A stretch of DNA of 64,000 bases from Patescibacteria group bacterium (GCA_041671645.1 JBAZBD010000001.1:671234-735233); one strand, 5' to 3'; counted from the first letter of the stretch, positions 8,471 through 17,663 are shown. The notes: generated by a model not told the origin, from the sequence alone. Translations and numbers: made by a program.

Positions 8471-10019
8471 AATGGAAGAACCAAAAAAACAACCAACAAT
8501 GGCAGAAATAATGGCTGACTACGATAAAGCTATGGCATTTTTATCCCAAACTCCCGCAGAGGTATGGGAAGGAATCTCCGAGAAGACAGCGCTAGGTGTC
8601 TTCAAAGAGACCGCAGGGTCTATTCCAGCATATGGTCAAATACTAAAAAAGAATTCTGTCGACCCTGAAAAAATTACTAGTATGGCTGATTTTCATAATC
8701 TGCCAATAATTGACAAATATAACTATATAAATAAATTTTCTTTCGACGAGACTAACACTGTCAAGCCAGGAAACCATTTTTATAGTTTTACACTAAGTTC
8801 TGGGACTATAGATGAGCCAACAATCTGGCCAAGATATTATGATTGGGAAGAGTCATTACCCAGCCAGTTTGATATGTATATGAGCCTCTATTGGGGATTT
8901 AGAGACAAGTCGACCCTATTTATTAATGCCTACTCGCTTGGATGCTGGACTGCTGGTTGGACAGTAAACGTACTTGGGAGAGAGTTGACTCAGAAACGCA
9001 ATATGACGCTAGCAACCTGCGGCGCCGATCTCGACAGTATCGTCTACACTATTAAGAAATTATCAAAATATTATGACCAAACGGTTATTTGGTCATACCC
9101 CACCTTTGCTCGAACGATATTGGAACGGCTAGAAATAGAAGGTATCAACATCAGAAAGTTAAATCTTAAGCTTTTTATCGCCGGGGAGCATCACACCATT
9201 GAGTGGAAACACTACGTCAACAAATTAATCTCTGGTGATGAGTCGAAACTCACTGACATCATGGAGGGTTATGGTACCTCAGATGGTGGGATGATCGGCC
9301 TGTCTTCGGCCTTTAGCACTCTTGTGAGGGAGCTTTCCTATACGGATAAAAAATTGTGTGAAGATCTGTTTGGTAGGGATGACTGCGTTCCTTCTCTATT
9401 CCAATATTTTACCAGCACCTACTATATGGAGGAGCAGAATGGCGAAGTGATATTCACGACAAAAGCCACCACCCCCTTAATTAGATACAACATTCACGAT
9501 CGTGGAGGTGTTATAAAATTCAGAGAGATGGAGCAAAAACTCGCCGAGCATGGCTATGACTATAAAAAGATCCTCAAGGAAAAGGGCTTCTCAGCAGAGA
9601 GCATTTGGCAGCATCCATTCTTGTTTTGCTTTGGCAGGCGTGATGACACGATCGCAATTGCAGGGGTAAAGATCTACCCAGAGCAGATTGCCCCAGCAAT
9701 TTTCTCTGGAAAAATGAATGATGTTCATAACTTCAAATTAATACTCTCCTTTGACAAGCAGCAGAAACACGCCTTTGAGATCGCCCTTGAGTTGAAAGAT
9801 GGCAAAAAACATAAGCATGAAGCTGTGAGGACACTTGAACGCAAATATCACGACTTGATTACCGCCGAGTTGAGTCGGAACAATACAGATTACTATGACC
9901 TTGTGAAGATCGAAGGCAAGGGAGCTGACCCAGAAATCAGCATTTACGAATTTGGAACTGGTCCATTCTCTGGTGATCTGCGAAGGACTAAACCGAGAAT
10001 GGTCGTTCGAGAGTCATAG
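8463..10019 (+). CDS. ANL-superfamily adenylate-forming enzyme, GH3 / F390-synthetase (PaaK)-like
   Basis: SSGTIDEPTIW (P-loop-like SSGT), EGYGTSDGG, and LIRYNIHDRGGV resembling the GH3 YRYRvGDv motif; 518 aa. Confidence 0.6.
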   Translation: MSKMEEPKKQPTMAEIMADYDKAMAFLSQTPAEVWEGISEKTALGVFKETAGSIPAYGQILKKNSVDPEKITSMADFHNLPIIDKYNYINKFSFDETNTVKPGNHFYSFTLSSGTIDEPTIWPRYYDWEESLPSQFDMYMSLYWGFRDKSTLFINAYSLGCWTAGWTVNVLGRELTQKRNMTLATCGADLDSIVYTIKKLSKYYDQTVIWSYPTFARTILERLEIEGINIRKLNLKLFIAGEHHTIEWKHYVNKLISGDESKLTDIMEGYGTSDGGMIGLSSAFSTLVRELSYTDKKLCEDLFGRDDCVPSLFQYFTSTYYMEEQNGEVIFTTKATTPLIRYNIHDRGGVIKFREMEQKLAEHGYDYKKILKEKGFSAESIWQHPFLFCFGRRDDTIAIAGVKIYPEQIAPAIFSGKMNDVHNFKLILSFDKQQKHAFEIALELKDGKKHKHEAVRTLERKYHDLITAELSRNNTDYYDLVKIEGKGADPEISIYEFGTGPFSGDLRRTKPRMVVRES

Positions 10020-10036
10020 AAATTTAGGAGGGAAAC

Positions 10037-11692
10037 GTGGGGATTGTTTATATTACTGCCGCTTCTCTAGTGTGCATACTAGGTATAATTATTGGGTATG
10101 CAGTATACCGAGCAAATAAAAATAAACTAGACAATAAACTGTTTAGTATTTTTGCGTTTATCACATCTGCATGGATCATTGTCGATTTTAGCCTTTACCT
10201 GACCCAGCTGTCGGCATATCAGACTGCCCTTAACCGCTTTAACCTAGCCGTTATCACTGCGATGGTCTTCTTCCTAGCTTACTTTGTTACTATCTTCCCG
10301 GAAAGAATTTTCCCAATCAAAAAATGGATGGTCTGGCTTTTCGCAAGCATAAATAGCGGGATAATTATTATCACACTATTTTCTAATAAAATTATCCGTT
10401 TTGCCTTCATGGAAAGTTACGGATCTAACTTTGAGTCAGGAAGTTTGTTTAATTTATTCGCTGTTAATGTATCTATTGTCGCACTATATGCAGTTGCCAT
10501 TTTAATAATCAAGTACATAAAATTAGGTAGTGAGCAAAAGAAACAAATTAAGTACATGTTGTATGGGATTGGACTCCTGTCTATTCTGAATCTTATTTTC
10601 AACCTGCTTATTCCAATGCTAACTCACAGCTTTGTGTACGCAAGGTTTGGAACGTATTCTTCCTTGTTTTTTATAATATTCACTGCGTATGCGATATTAA
10701 AGACACAGTTGTTCGACGTTAAAGTAATTATTACAGAAGCAGCTGTTGTAGTAATAAATGTCATCTCTGCGATTGAAGTATTTACTTCGGGCTCCCTTTC
10801 GGAAGGCGCATTGCGGAGCGTGTTACTAATCGTACTTGCCTCTGGTAGCGTCTGGTTAGTCAAATCGGTAAAAAGGGAAATCCAGCAGAGAAAAGAAATT
10901 GAAAAGCTGGCCGAGGAGCTCAAGGAAGCCAATGAACACCTTAAGGAAGTGGACAAGCTGAAGGACGACTTTTTGAGCATGGCAAGTCATGAATTAAATA
11001 CGCCTATCGCCGCCATTCAGGGTTATCTTTCCATGATCTTGGTCGAGGGCCTCGGTGGCAAGATACCAGACAAGGCCAGAGGCTTCCTCAACAGCGTATT
11101 CGAGTCAGCCAAACGACTCGGTAACATGGTCAAGGATCTGCTCAACGTTTCTCGCATTGAGTCTGGCCGTATCCATATTATCTGGGAGCAGAAGCCGATC
11201 GAAGATGTGATTAATCAGGCCGTCACTGAGGTGATGTCCAAGGCACTTGAAGCCAAACATTCTCTCACTTTCGAAAAGCCAAAACACAAGATGCCATCTA
11301 CTTGGTTTGATGTGACTAGGATCACTGAGGTATTGATCAATATTATTGGCAACGCCATCAAATATACCGATCCAGGCGGGAAAATAGTGGCTCGCGTAAT
11401 GAACGATGACCAGAAGATCGTCGTCTCAGTCCAGGACAACGGCCGAGGTATTCCGAAGGACAAACAAACTGGCGTCTTCGAGAAATTTACTCAGGTTGAC
11501 GTGCTAAAAGACCAAGTCAAGGGCACCGGCCTTGGAATGTACATCTCCAAGAAATTTATCGAGCTCCAAAAAGGCAAAATCTGGTTTACCTCCGAGGGCG
11601 AAGGCAAAGGTACAACATTCTTTTTCACAATGCCGATACTGAAAGAGAAGCCTCACGACCCACACGAAGGCGAAGACGCCGTACTGCACTAG
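10037..11692 (+). CDS. membrane-bound sensor histidine kinase
   Basis: N-terminal multi-TM region; H-box SHELNTPIAAIQGY; HATPase_c G-boxes (DNGRGIP, GTGLGMYISKKF). GTG start with upstream aggaggga. Confidence 0.8.
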   Translation: MGIVYITAASLVCILGIIIGYAVYRANKNKLDNKLFSIFAFITSAWIIVDFSLYLTQLSAYQTALNRFNLAVITAMVFFLAYFVTIFPERIFPIKKWMVWLFASINSGIIIITLFSNKIIRFAFMESYGSNFESGSLFNLFAVNVSIVALYAVAILIIKYIKLGSEQKKQIKYMLYGIGLLSILNLIFNLLIPMLTHSFVYARFGTYSSLFFIIFTAYAILKTQLFDVKVIITEAAVVVINVISAIEVFTSGSLSEGALRSVLLIVLASGSVWLVKSVKREIQQRKEIEKLAEELKEANEHLKEVDKLKDDFLSMASHELNTPIAAIQGYLSMILVEGLGGKIPDKARGFLNSVFESAKRLGNMVKDLLNVSRIESGRIHIIWEQKPIEDVINQAVTEVMSKALEAKHSLTFEKPKHKMPSTWFDVTRITEVLINIIGNAIKYTDPGGKIVARVMNDDQKIVVSVQDNGRGIPKDKQTGVFEKFTQVDVLKDQVKGTGLGMYISKKFIELQKGKIWFTSEGEGKGTTFFFTMPILKEKPHDPHEGEDAVLH

Positions 11693-11804
11693 ATAACGTC
11701 AGAAATGGATGGCCCCGAAGGGGACCCCTTGGGTCAGATTTAACAGATAACTGATAACCCCATGCGGCCTTCCTACTTCGTTCATTCGGTGATAAAATTG
11801 TACT

Positions 11805-12620
11805 ATGACACGCAAGATATTTTCTTTTATCGTTGGATTTTTGGCTTTTATTGTATTGCTTCTTTTCTTCTTGGCATTGAATTTCAAAATTGCCCTCTCT
11901 GACCCGGGCAAGATTTCTAGATATATCAAGAATTCGGGCGCAAGTGAGTTGATTATCAGCTACATCAAAGAGAATTTGGTTGCCACCAACAATGTATCTC
12001 TCTCTGAGGGCACGAATCTGGAGATTGTGAACGAGAGCATCACGACAGAGCTAATTAATCCGCTAATAGACGAAGCGGTTCTCCGCACCAGCTTAGCGCT
12101 AAATGATCCTAGCCCAGAAAATTTGAAATTTGACCTCACGTACGACACTTCAAATCAGACAGTTTTTCCTACAAGCACTGTCTTTACCAAAACCGTGGAT
12201 CTGCGCAACAACCAATACTTTTTAATCCTGGCCAATTTGAATTTATATCTTTATATTCTAGGCGGCGCATCTCTGGCGCTAATACTGATTACCCTATTGA
12301 TATTGAAGGACACGCAGGACAGAATCGCTTTCGCTGGTCGTTTTCTGGTCGTATTGAGCCTTGCAATCGCTCTCGTATATCTGGCCCTAGTCTACCTGGC
12401 CCCGAGTTACGTCCGAAATGCCTTCAGTCTGACTGGGTTTGCCAGCGACGCCAGACTAGCCAACGCGATGAAGAAAATATGGATTTTCTCGGTAGAGAAG
12501 CAATTCGCATTATATTTTGCCGAATTTCTTGTCTTCTTTGTTTCTGGCGGAGTGCTCGGCTATCTGGGTGGGATGTTTCGAAGATTACCATTAGGCGAAA
12601 AAATGGAGATCAAGATATGA
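11805..12620 (+). CDS. membrane protein (hypothetical)
   Basis: Several hydrophobic helices; overlaps the next gene by ATGA. Confidence 0.5.
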   Translation: MTRKIFSFIVGFLAFIVLLLFFLALNFKIALSDPGKISRYIKNSGASELIISYIKENLVATNNVSLSEGTNLEIVNESITTELINPLIDEAVLRTSLALNDPSPENLKFDLTYDTSNQTVFPTSTVFTKTVDLRNNQYFLILANLNLYLYILGGASLALILITLLILKDTQDRIAFAGRFLVVLSLAIALVYLALVYLAPSYVRNAFSLTGFASDARLANAMKKIWIFSVEKQFALYFAEFLVFFVSGGVLGYLGGMFRRLPLGEKMEIKI

Positions 12621-13453
12621 AAGATTATTCATACGGTGTCATACCAATTTTCCACAAGATAATAGGCCAAGAGCCTCATTTTTTGTTGGTAGAACAGGGT
12701 GGCAAGTTTTGGAGTTTCCCCAAGGGCCACAAGGAGGATGAAGAATCTGATGTTGAGGCGGCCAAGCGGGAACTTTTCGAAGAAGCTGGGATTGCTGGCG
12801 GTGAATTGATTGAAGACAAAACTTTCAGTGAGCATTATACATATTCACAAGATGGCACCGATCTTGATAAAACTGTCACTTTCTATCCATATTTCTCGAA
12901 TCAATTCTTCCCGATAATCGACAACAAAGAGATCACCAATTTCAAATGGGTGACGTATGAAGAGGCCAAGAAAACTTTAAAATTCAAGGAAACTCTAGAT
13001 ATTTTGACGGAGGCTTATAATTGGCTTCAGGGTGAAGGAAAAGATGCTTATTTAGGGACAGAATCGACGCCCAGAAGAGTTCACGCTGATTCGCTCAAGG
13101 CCGCGATCAAAAGAGATGGTAAATATTTGCTCATAATGGACCATCATGGCAATTGGGAATTACCTGGTGGCAAGATCGAGGCCGGAGAGACGGTGGAAGA
13201 GGGATTAAGGCGAGAGTTTCGAGAAGAGACCGGTAGCACAGACCTAAAAACTGGTGAAGAAATAGGGACTTTTGATCTGACAGTCGATTACGGCCTGGCA
13301 GTATATGATTTTAGCATTCACATTTACCTTTGCTCTAGCGATATTGAGAACATCAAACTCAGCCACGAGCATCAAGACTCAGGCTGGTTTGATATAGATG
13401 AAATCAAAAATCTTCCGATGAAAGAGGGCTACAGAGAAATACTTACTCGCTAA
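12617..13453 (+). CDS. tandem Nudix hydrolase (two Nudix domains)
   Basis: Two Nudix boxes: [23 protein letters not shown] and [23 protein letters not shown]. Start set at the internal ATG ([10 protein letters not shown]) because of the ATGA overlap. Confidence 0.75.
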   Translation: MKDYSYGVIPIFHKIIGQEPHFLLVEQGGKFWSFPKGHKEDEESDVEAAKRELFEEAGIAGGELIEDKTFSEHYTYSQDGTDLDKTVTFYPYFSNQFFPIIDNKEITNFKWVTYEEAKKTLKFKETLDILTEAYNWLQGEGKDAYLGTESTPRRVHADSLKAAIKRDGKYLLIMDHHGNWELPGGKIEAGETVEEGLRREFREETGSTDLKTGEEIGTFDLTVDYGLAVYDFSIHIYLCSSDIENIKLSHEHQDSGWFDIDEIKNLPMKEGYREILTR

Positions 13454-14072
13454 AGGTCATACGTTTGTAGACCGCTCTGGTCGCTTCAACATCTCTCTTG
13501 CAATACTTATAGATCTCTTCTGATTTGCCATCGAGGAAATATTTGTAAACCTTGGAGCCATCGATCCCCGCTTCTTTGGGCGAAGCGATACCGAGACAGA
13601 TGGTCAATTTGTGTAAGCTGACGCCCATAGCGCCCCATTTTTCCCACTCCTTCATCGTGTCAAATATCGGCTCGGAGCGATAACGAGCGAAGTTGAGCTG
13701 GCGACTTGGGCGAATCCGGTGGATGACAGAGCGCTTGTAGATGAAACGAAGGTCGAACTCCATAATGTTATGGCCGACAAAGGTGTCGACGTCCTTGGCA
13801 ATGGCCCAGAATTTGGTCAAGATATCTTTTTCATCGCCAGATAAGCACTGGATCTCGCCGTCGTCTATCCCATAACAAATGCAGAGAATTCGGCCAAATT
13901 CACCCTGGAATGAGGTATTCTCGAAGAATTGCTGGAATTCGTTCTCCCCTTTTTTGGTCGGAGCTGAGGATTTCCGTCGCGCGTCTTCCCAAAACATTTT
14001 GATGGTTTCAATTTTGTCGCCATCGGCCGGCAGTGTCTCAATATCCAAAAACATTTTCATGAAAGTCTCCAA
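13443..14072 (-). CDS. DEDDy 3'-5' exonuclease, PolB-exonuclease-domain-like stand-alone protein
   Basis: Exo I FLDIETLP, Exo [14 protein letters not shown], Exo [12 protein letters not shown]. Confidence 0.65.
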   Translation of the reverse strand: METFMKMFLDIETLPADGDKIETIKMFWEDARRKSSAPTKKGENEFQQFFENTSFQGEFGRILCICYGIDDGEIQCLSGDEKDILTKFWAIAKDVDTFVGHNIMEFDLRFIYKRSVIHRIRPSRQLNFARYRSEPIFDTMKEWEKWGAMGVSLHKLTICLGIASPKEAGIDGSKVYKYFLDGKSEEIYKYCKRDVEATRAVYKRMTFSE

Positions 14073-14206
14073 ATCTTTACAAATTTACTAATTGAATACA
14101 AATATTACAAAAGTTAAATAATTTTGTTGCTTAGGATTATGTAATAACAAATTTCTAATTTGTATATTTGCAGAAGATTTGTAATTTTGTAATCTTTCGG
14201 TAACTA

Positions 14207-14764
14207 TTAATAATTCTCAACAAATAATTCGTAATACGACTGTGGATGATCGCAAGCTGGGCAAATGTCTGGCGCCTTGGGACCTTTGTGGATATAGCCA
14301 CAATTTCGGCATTTCCAATAGACTTCGCCATCTTTTTCGAAAACAATATCGCCGTCAACGTTGGCCTTCAATTTGAGATATCTCTTCTCATGCTGCTCTT
14401 CGACCTCTCCAAGTTCGGTAAACACTTTAGCCTCGTCCTCGAAACCTTCTTCTTTCGCCGTCTTGGCAAAGTCCGGATACATTTTGGATGTCTCGTAATG
14501 CTCACCTGCGGCGGCGGCGGCTAGATTTTCGCTAGTAGACTTGACCATAGGGAAATCGTAATTTTCAAGTGTTGAACTCTCCCCGCCCTTAAGTAGTTTC
14601 ATCAATCTTTTGGCGTGCTCTTTCTCATTGTCAGCAGTCTCCAAGAAGATAGCTGAGATCTGTTCAAAGCCCTCTTTCTTGGCCTGCGAGGCGAAATAAG
14701 TGTACTTGTTGCGGGCCATGCTCTCTCCGGCGATCGCGCGGAGAATGTTTTTTGGTGTTTCCAT
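14207..14764 (-). CDS. rubrerythrin
   Basis: Ferritin-like ExxH pairs (NEKEHAKR, EEQHEKRY) and C-terminal rubredoxin-like CRNCGY...CPACDHP. Confidence 0.85.
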   Translation of the reverse strand: METPKNILRAIAGESMARNKYTYFASQAKKEGFEQISAIFLETADNEKEHAKRLMKLLKGGESSTLENYDFPMVKSTSENLAAAAAGEHYETSKMYPDFAKTAKEEGFEDEAKVFTELGEVEEQHEKRYLKLKANVDGDIVFEKDGEVYWKCRNCGYIHKGPKAPDICPACDHPQSYYELFVENY

Positions 14765-14779
14765 TTTGATCCTTCTTTA

Positions 14780-15142
14780 TTATTTTTTTTCGTCGATAAC
14801 TTCAGTCACGTCTTCTTCCAAAGTTTTTTCCCTCGAAAGCAACTCGGTTATGCGGCTCTCGATATGACCTATTCTACTCTCAAAATAGCCTTTTGCCAGT
14901 ACACCGAAGCAGAAGATTACCAAGGGGATGCTTATGAGTGAAAATACAGCCGTCATTATTTTGGAAAAGTCATGAGTCGGCACGAGATCGCCAAAGCCAA
15001 CCGTGGTGATCGTCATTACCGTAAAATAAAAGGCATCGACATTGCTCCAACCTTCGGTGTGGTGGTAAAACCAAGTGCCGGATAGAAACAAAATAGCTAG
15101 CACGATCACAACGCTAAAAATTCCAACACTCTTTTTCTTCAT
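14780..15142 (-). CDS. two-TM potassium channel (KcsA-like)
   Basis: Selectivity filter TTVGFGD between two hydrophobic helices; start set at the internal MKKKSVGIF. Confidence 0.7.
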   Translation of the reverse strand: MKKKSVGIFSVVIVLAILFLSGTWFYHHTEGWSNVDAFYFTVMTITTVGFGDLVPTHDFSKIMTAVFSLISIPLVIFCFGVLAKGYFESRIGHIESRITELLSREKTLEEDVTEVIDEKK

Positions 15143-15430
15143 AATTCTCCTTATGTTTACTCTCCAATTATAGCAGATAAATATCAAAATACAGCACCTA
15201 ATAATTGACAGCTTCTCCTGATTGCTGTATAGTATTAAGGTTTTGGTGCCCAAATTCTACCTGCAAGGAGGTCTGACATGACCTTGATCATGTGAGGGGC
15301 TCCCCCAGTGCGGTCACTGACGACTACTGGGCACACCGGTTGGGGGACCCCGATATTATCCAACTCTACCACGCCCCGGCTTTTGCCGGGGTTAATTCTT
15401 TGTCCGAAACATGGACAAATCATCATTTTT

Positions 15431-15440
15431 TTGTTATAAT
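15431..15440 (+). promoter_or_regulatory. -10-like TATAAT box just upstream of the inferred RNase P RNA 5' end
   Basis: ttgtTATAATtatca; TATAAT at 15435-15440, inferred 5' end of the RNA at about 15446. Confidence 0.3.
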
Positions 15441-15486
15441 TATCAAGCTCAAAGCCAATCAGATAGCAGCCCCTCACCCTTGATGC

Positions 15487-15743
15487 TATAATCGAGATAT
15501 GCATTATCTCTATTTATTGCAAAGTGAGACAGACAAGTCTTTATACATTGGCCAGACATCGGATTTAAAAGTTCGATTATGCGATCATAACTCGGGTAAA
15601 AATCAATCAACAAGATTGAAGAAACCTTGGAAATTGATTTATTACGAAGCATATCTCGATCCAAGCCTGGCAATCAAACGTGAACGGCAATTGAAAAGAT
15701 TCGCCAAATCGTATGCAATGTTGAAGAAAAGAATAGGCTTGTA
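15487..15743 (+). mobile_element. insertion in the RNase P RNA P3 loop that carries a GIY-YIG ORF (homing-endonuclease-like)
   Basis: A perfect 17-bp inverted repeat (the P3 stem) immediately flanks an 81-codon GIY-YIG ORF, and the stop codon abuts the 3' stem arm. No group-I-intron core is evident. Confidence 0.4.
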
Positions 15744-15744
15744 G
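15499..15744 (+). CDS. GIY-YIG nuclease-domain protein (YhbQ/UPF0213-like), paralog 1
   Basis: YLYLLQSETDKSLYIGQTSDLKVRLCDHNSGK ... PWKL matches the GIY-YIG core. Confidence 0.7.
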   Translation: MHYLYLLQSETDKSLYIGQTSDLKVRLCDHNSGKNQSTRLKKPWKLIYYEAYLDPSLAIKRERQLKRFAKSYAMLKKRIGL

Positions 15745-16205
15745 CATCAAGGGTGAGGGGAGGAAAGTCCAGGCACCATAGAGCAGGACGCTCGTTATAA
15801 ATGAGCAGGCAGTAATGTCTGAGAACAGCGCAACAGAAAATAAACCGCCCCTCACCCTTTGTGGACAAAAAATCCGAGATTCGGATTTTGACGCAAGTCA
15901 GTCCATGAAGGGTGAGGGGTAAGGGTGAAATCGTGCTCCGATGTTAAATTCGGAGTCTCGCAATCGTTGGATTGTTGAGAGGGTAAGAGCCCACGCGTTC
16001 GTATGGCGACATACGTCTGTGGCAAGCCTCGTTTGGTGCAAGTGGGGTGGACCGTTTGAATTAATGTCTGCTCGACAGATTCAAAAGGCCCTCACGCTTA
16101 GATAGATTGCTGTCCAAAACAGAACCTGGCTTATGCTTGACTTTGAGCAAAACAAGACTATAATTCTTATATATCACCCTGATTGAAGTAATTTGTGGCC
16201 CATAA

Positions 16206-16262
16206 CGTTCCGAGTAATTGGAACGGGGTAACACCTCAACTTCCGTTGGGGTGTTTTATTTT
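16206..16262 (+). terminator. hairpin plus T-run downstream of RNase P RNA
   Basis: aacacc tcaacttccgttgg ggtgtt ttatttt. Confidence 0.35.
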
Positions 16263-16326
16263 CATTGACAAATTTATCAATTTATTATATAGTTTCGTAA
16301 ATCTACAAAAAGGTTGGTACAGACTT

Positions 16327-16896
16327 ATGGTTAAAAATTTAACTCCTCAAGATCAGCTTGTGGAGATCGCGCGCTCTATCCTTCTCTTGGACCCGGTTCG
16401 TGCCACGGTTTATGATTGGATTGGTCTCGAAGATCGATTTGAGCAGTTGGTTCAAGAGATAGTTGAGAAAAATGTGATCTTGAAGTTTGAGACTATCGAA
16501 GAATGCCAGAAATTTTGCGAGCTAATCACACTGGCAAGTTGTAAGGTTTATGTTCTGGTGTGGTATCCATTGATCACAGAATTTATGATCAATGTCGGCA
16601 TAGATTATCTCCTTGCCCAAGACAGTAGCCAGGCAATTGTGTTGACATGCGCCACTGCATTATCAGTCTGGCCTGAATGTGCTGATTGGAGTATCGAGAC
16701 TCTTGAGGGAATAGTGCTGGTTAATTCGGCACGGCTCAATGAGAAGCCTCCGATTTCACCCCTTGATTTTGTCACTGATACTCGGCGGCTTTATCAGCAG
16801 AACAAATGCGATGATTTTCCACTCAATTTTGAACAATTTCTGGCCTCTTTGCCGAAATGCAAACAAAAGCTAATCAAGAAACCGGTTTTCAATTAA
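16327..16896 (+). CDS. hypothetical protein
   Basis: ORF 16195-16896 with start set at the internal MVKNLTPQDQ; no recognisable motif. Confidence 0.4.
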   Translation: MVKNLTPQDQLVEIARSILLLDPVRATVYDWIGLEDRFEQLVQEIVEKNVILKFETIEECQKFCELITLASCKVYVLVWYPLITEFMINVGIDYLLAQDSSQAIVLTCATALSVWPECADWSIETLEGIVLVNSARLNEKPPISPLDFVTDTRRLYQQNKCDDFPLNFEQFLASLPKCKQKLIKKPVFN

Positions 16897-16997
16897 ATCA
16901 ATTTATCCCCCACTGCTCTCACGCAGTGGTTTTTATTTTCACGAATTAATCTTATTGAAATAACGCTCATTTTAGGTTAAAATTAAGCGAAATGTGA

Positions 16998-17007
16998 TCG
17001 GGGATCG
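16998..17007 (+). repeat. direct repeat copy of the tRNA-Gln 5' end (tcggggatcg)
   Basis: Identical 10-mer at 16998-17007 and 17331-17340 brackets the GIY-YIG ORF. It is followed by two hairpins (gctgtgtc-atac-gacacagc; ccctgtc-gaat-gacaggg) and no matching 3' acceptor strand. Confidence 0.6.
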
Positions 17008-17058
17008 CTGTGTCATACGACACAGCCCTGTCGAATGACAGGGTCTAATTCATTTTTC

Positions 17059-17325
17059 ATGTATTATCTTTATATATTACATTTGAGAAAAGTTAATAAG
17101 CTTTATACTGGTTCAACCCAAGATCTGAAGAATAGGCTTTCTGAGCATCTTGCGAATAAAGTGTTATCGACAAAGAATCGTGATCCCGAAATCATACACT
17201 TTGAGACATACAAACTCAAAAGTGATGCGTTGAGGAGAGAAAAATTCCTTAAAACCACCGAGGGCAAAAGATTGCTTCGACAACAATTAAGAGATATTTT
17301 GATTTCGATAGATTATATTGATTGA
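17059..17325 (+). CDS. GIY-YIG nuclease-domain protein, paralog 2
   Basis: MYYLYILHLRKVNKLYTGSTQDLKNRLSEH; ends 6 nt before tRNA-Gln. Confidence 0.65.
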   Translation: MYYLYILHLRKVNKLYTGSTQDLKNRLSEHLANKVLSTKNRDPEIIHFETYKLKSDALRREKFLKTTEGKRLLRQQLRDILISIDYID

Positions 17326-17330
17326 TATAT

Positions 17331-17404
17331 TCGGGGATCGTCTAATGGCAGGACAGCGGCCTTTGAAGCCGTGAATCATGGTTCGAATCCATGTCCCCGA
17401 GCCA
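17331..17404 (+). tRNA. tRNA-Gln (anticodon UUG)
   Basis: Manual cloverleaf: acceptor TCGGGGA/TCCCCGA, D stem gtct/ggac, anticodon stem gcggc/gccgt, loop cTTTGAa giving anticodon TTG, T arm CATGG-TTCGAAT-CCATG, discriminator G, encoded CCA. Confidence 0.8.
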
Positions 17405-17543
17405 AAATAAAAGCGCCAAGAAATTGGTGTTTTTATTTTGGACATGGATTAGAACGGGAAGGGGTCGGGAAACGGAAGTTTCCCGTGTAGGAAAAAACTA
17501 AAAACCGTGGGTTTTTAGAAGCGAAGGATGAGCGCTCGAGATC

Positions 17544-17559
17544 CCATGTCCCCGAGCCA
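17544..17559 (+). repeat. duplicated tRNA-Gln 3' end (ccatgtccccgagcca), att-like
   Basis: 16-nt exact copy of 17389-17404 lying 155 bp downstream. Each copy is followed by a hairpin plus T-run (17410-17440 and 17562-17600). Confidence 0.6.
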
Positions 17560-17663
17560 AGAAAAACGCTCAACTATAAAGTTGGGCTTTTTTCTTGGTT
17601 AAAAGCAACAAGATTGACAAATATTGACTTCCAGCCTAATATGAGCTCAAACCAAGCACGGCG

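Larger units (their letters stand above)
15446..16148 (+). ncRNA. rnpB: RNase P RNA (bacterial type A) with an ORF-bearing insertion in P3
   Basis: CR-I ggaggAAAGTCCaGGCaCCATAGaGCAGG (15757-), AAGGGTGAAA ... GGGTAAGAGCccACgCG (CR-II), gtggcaagcctcgtttggtgcaag (CR-III-like), ACAGAACCtGGCTTAT (CR-V, 16118-). P1: 15446-54 agctcaaag pairs with 16141-48 ctttgagc. P2: gatagcag pairs with ttgctgtc. P3: 15470-86 cccctcacccttgatgc pairs with 15744-60 gcatcaagggtgagggg, enclosing 257 nt. Confidence 0.85.

Noticed and set aside
15235-15504. 89-aa minus-strand ORF (MHISIIASRVRG...) in the ORF track
   Set aside because: It lies antisense across the inferred 5' part of the RNase P RNA (P1-P3) and its promoter. 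It has no motif, so it is most likely spurious.
17001-17055. A second complete tRNA gene upstream of the GIY-YIG ORF
   Set aside because: It has a tRNA-like 5' acceptor strand and a T-arm-like hairpin but no D or anticodon arms and no 3' acceptor strand. I interpreted it as a fragment or duplication, not a gene.
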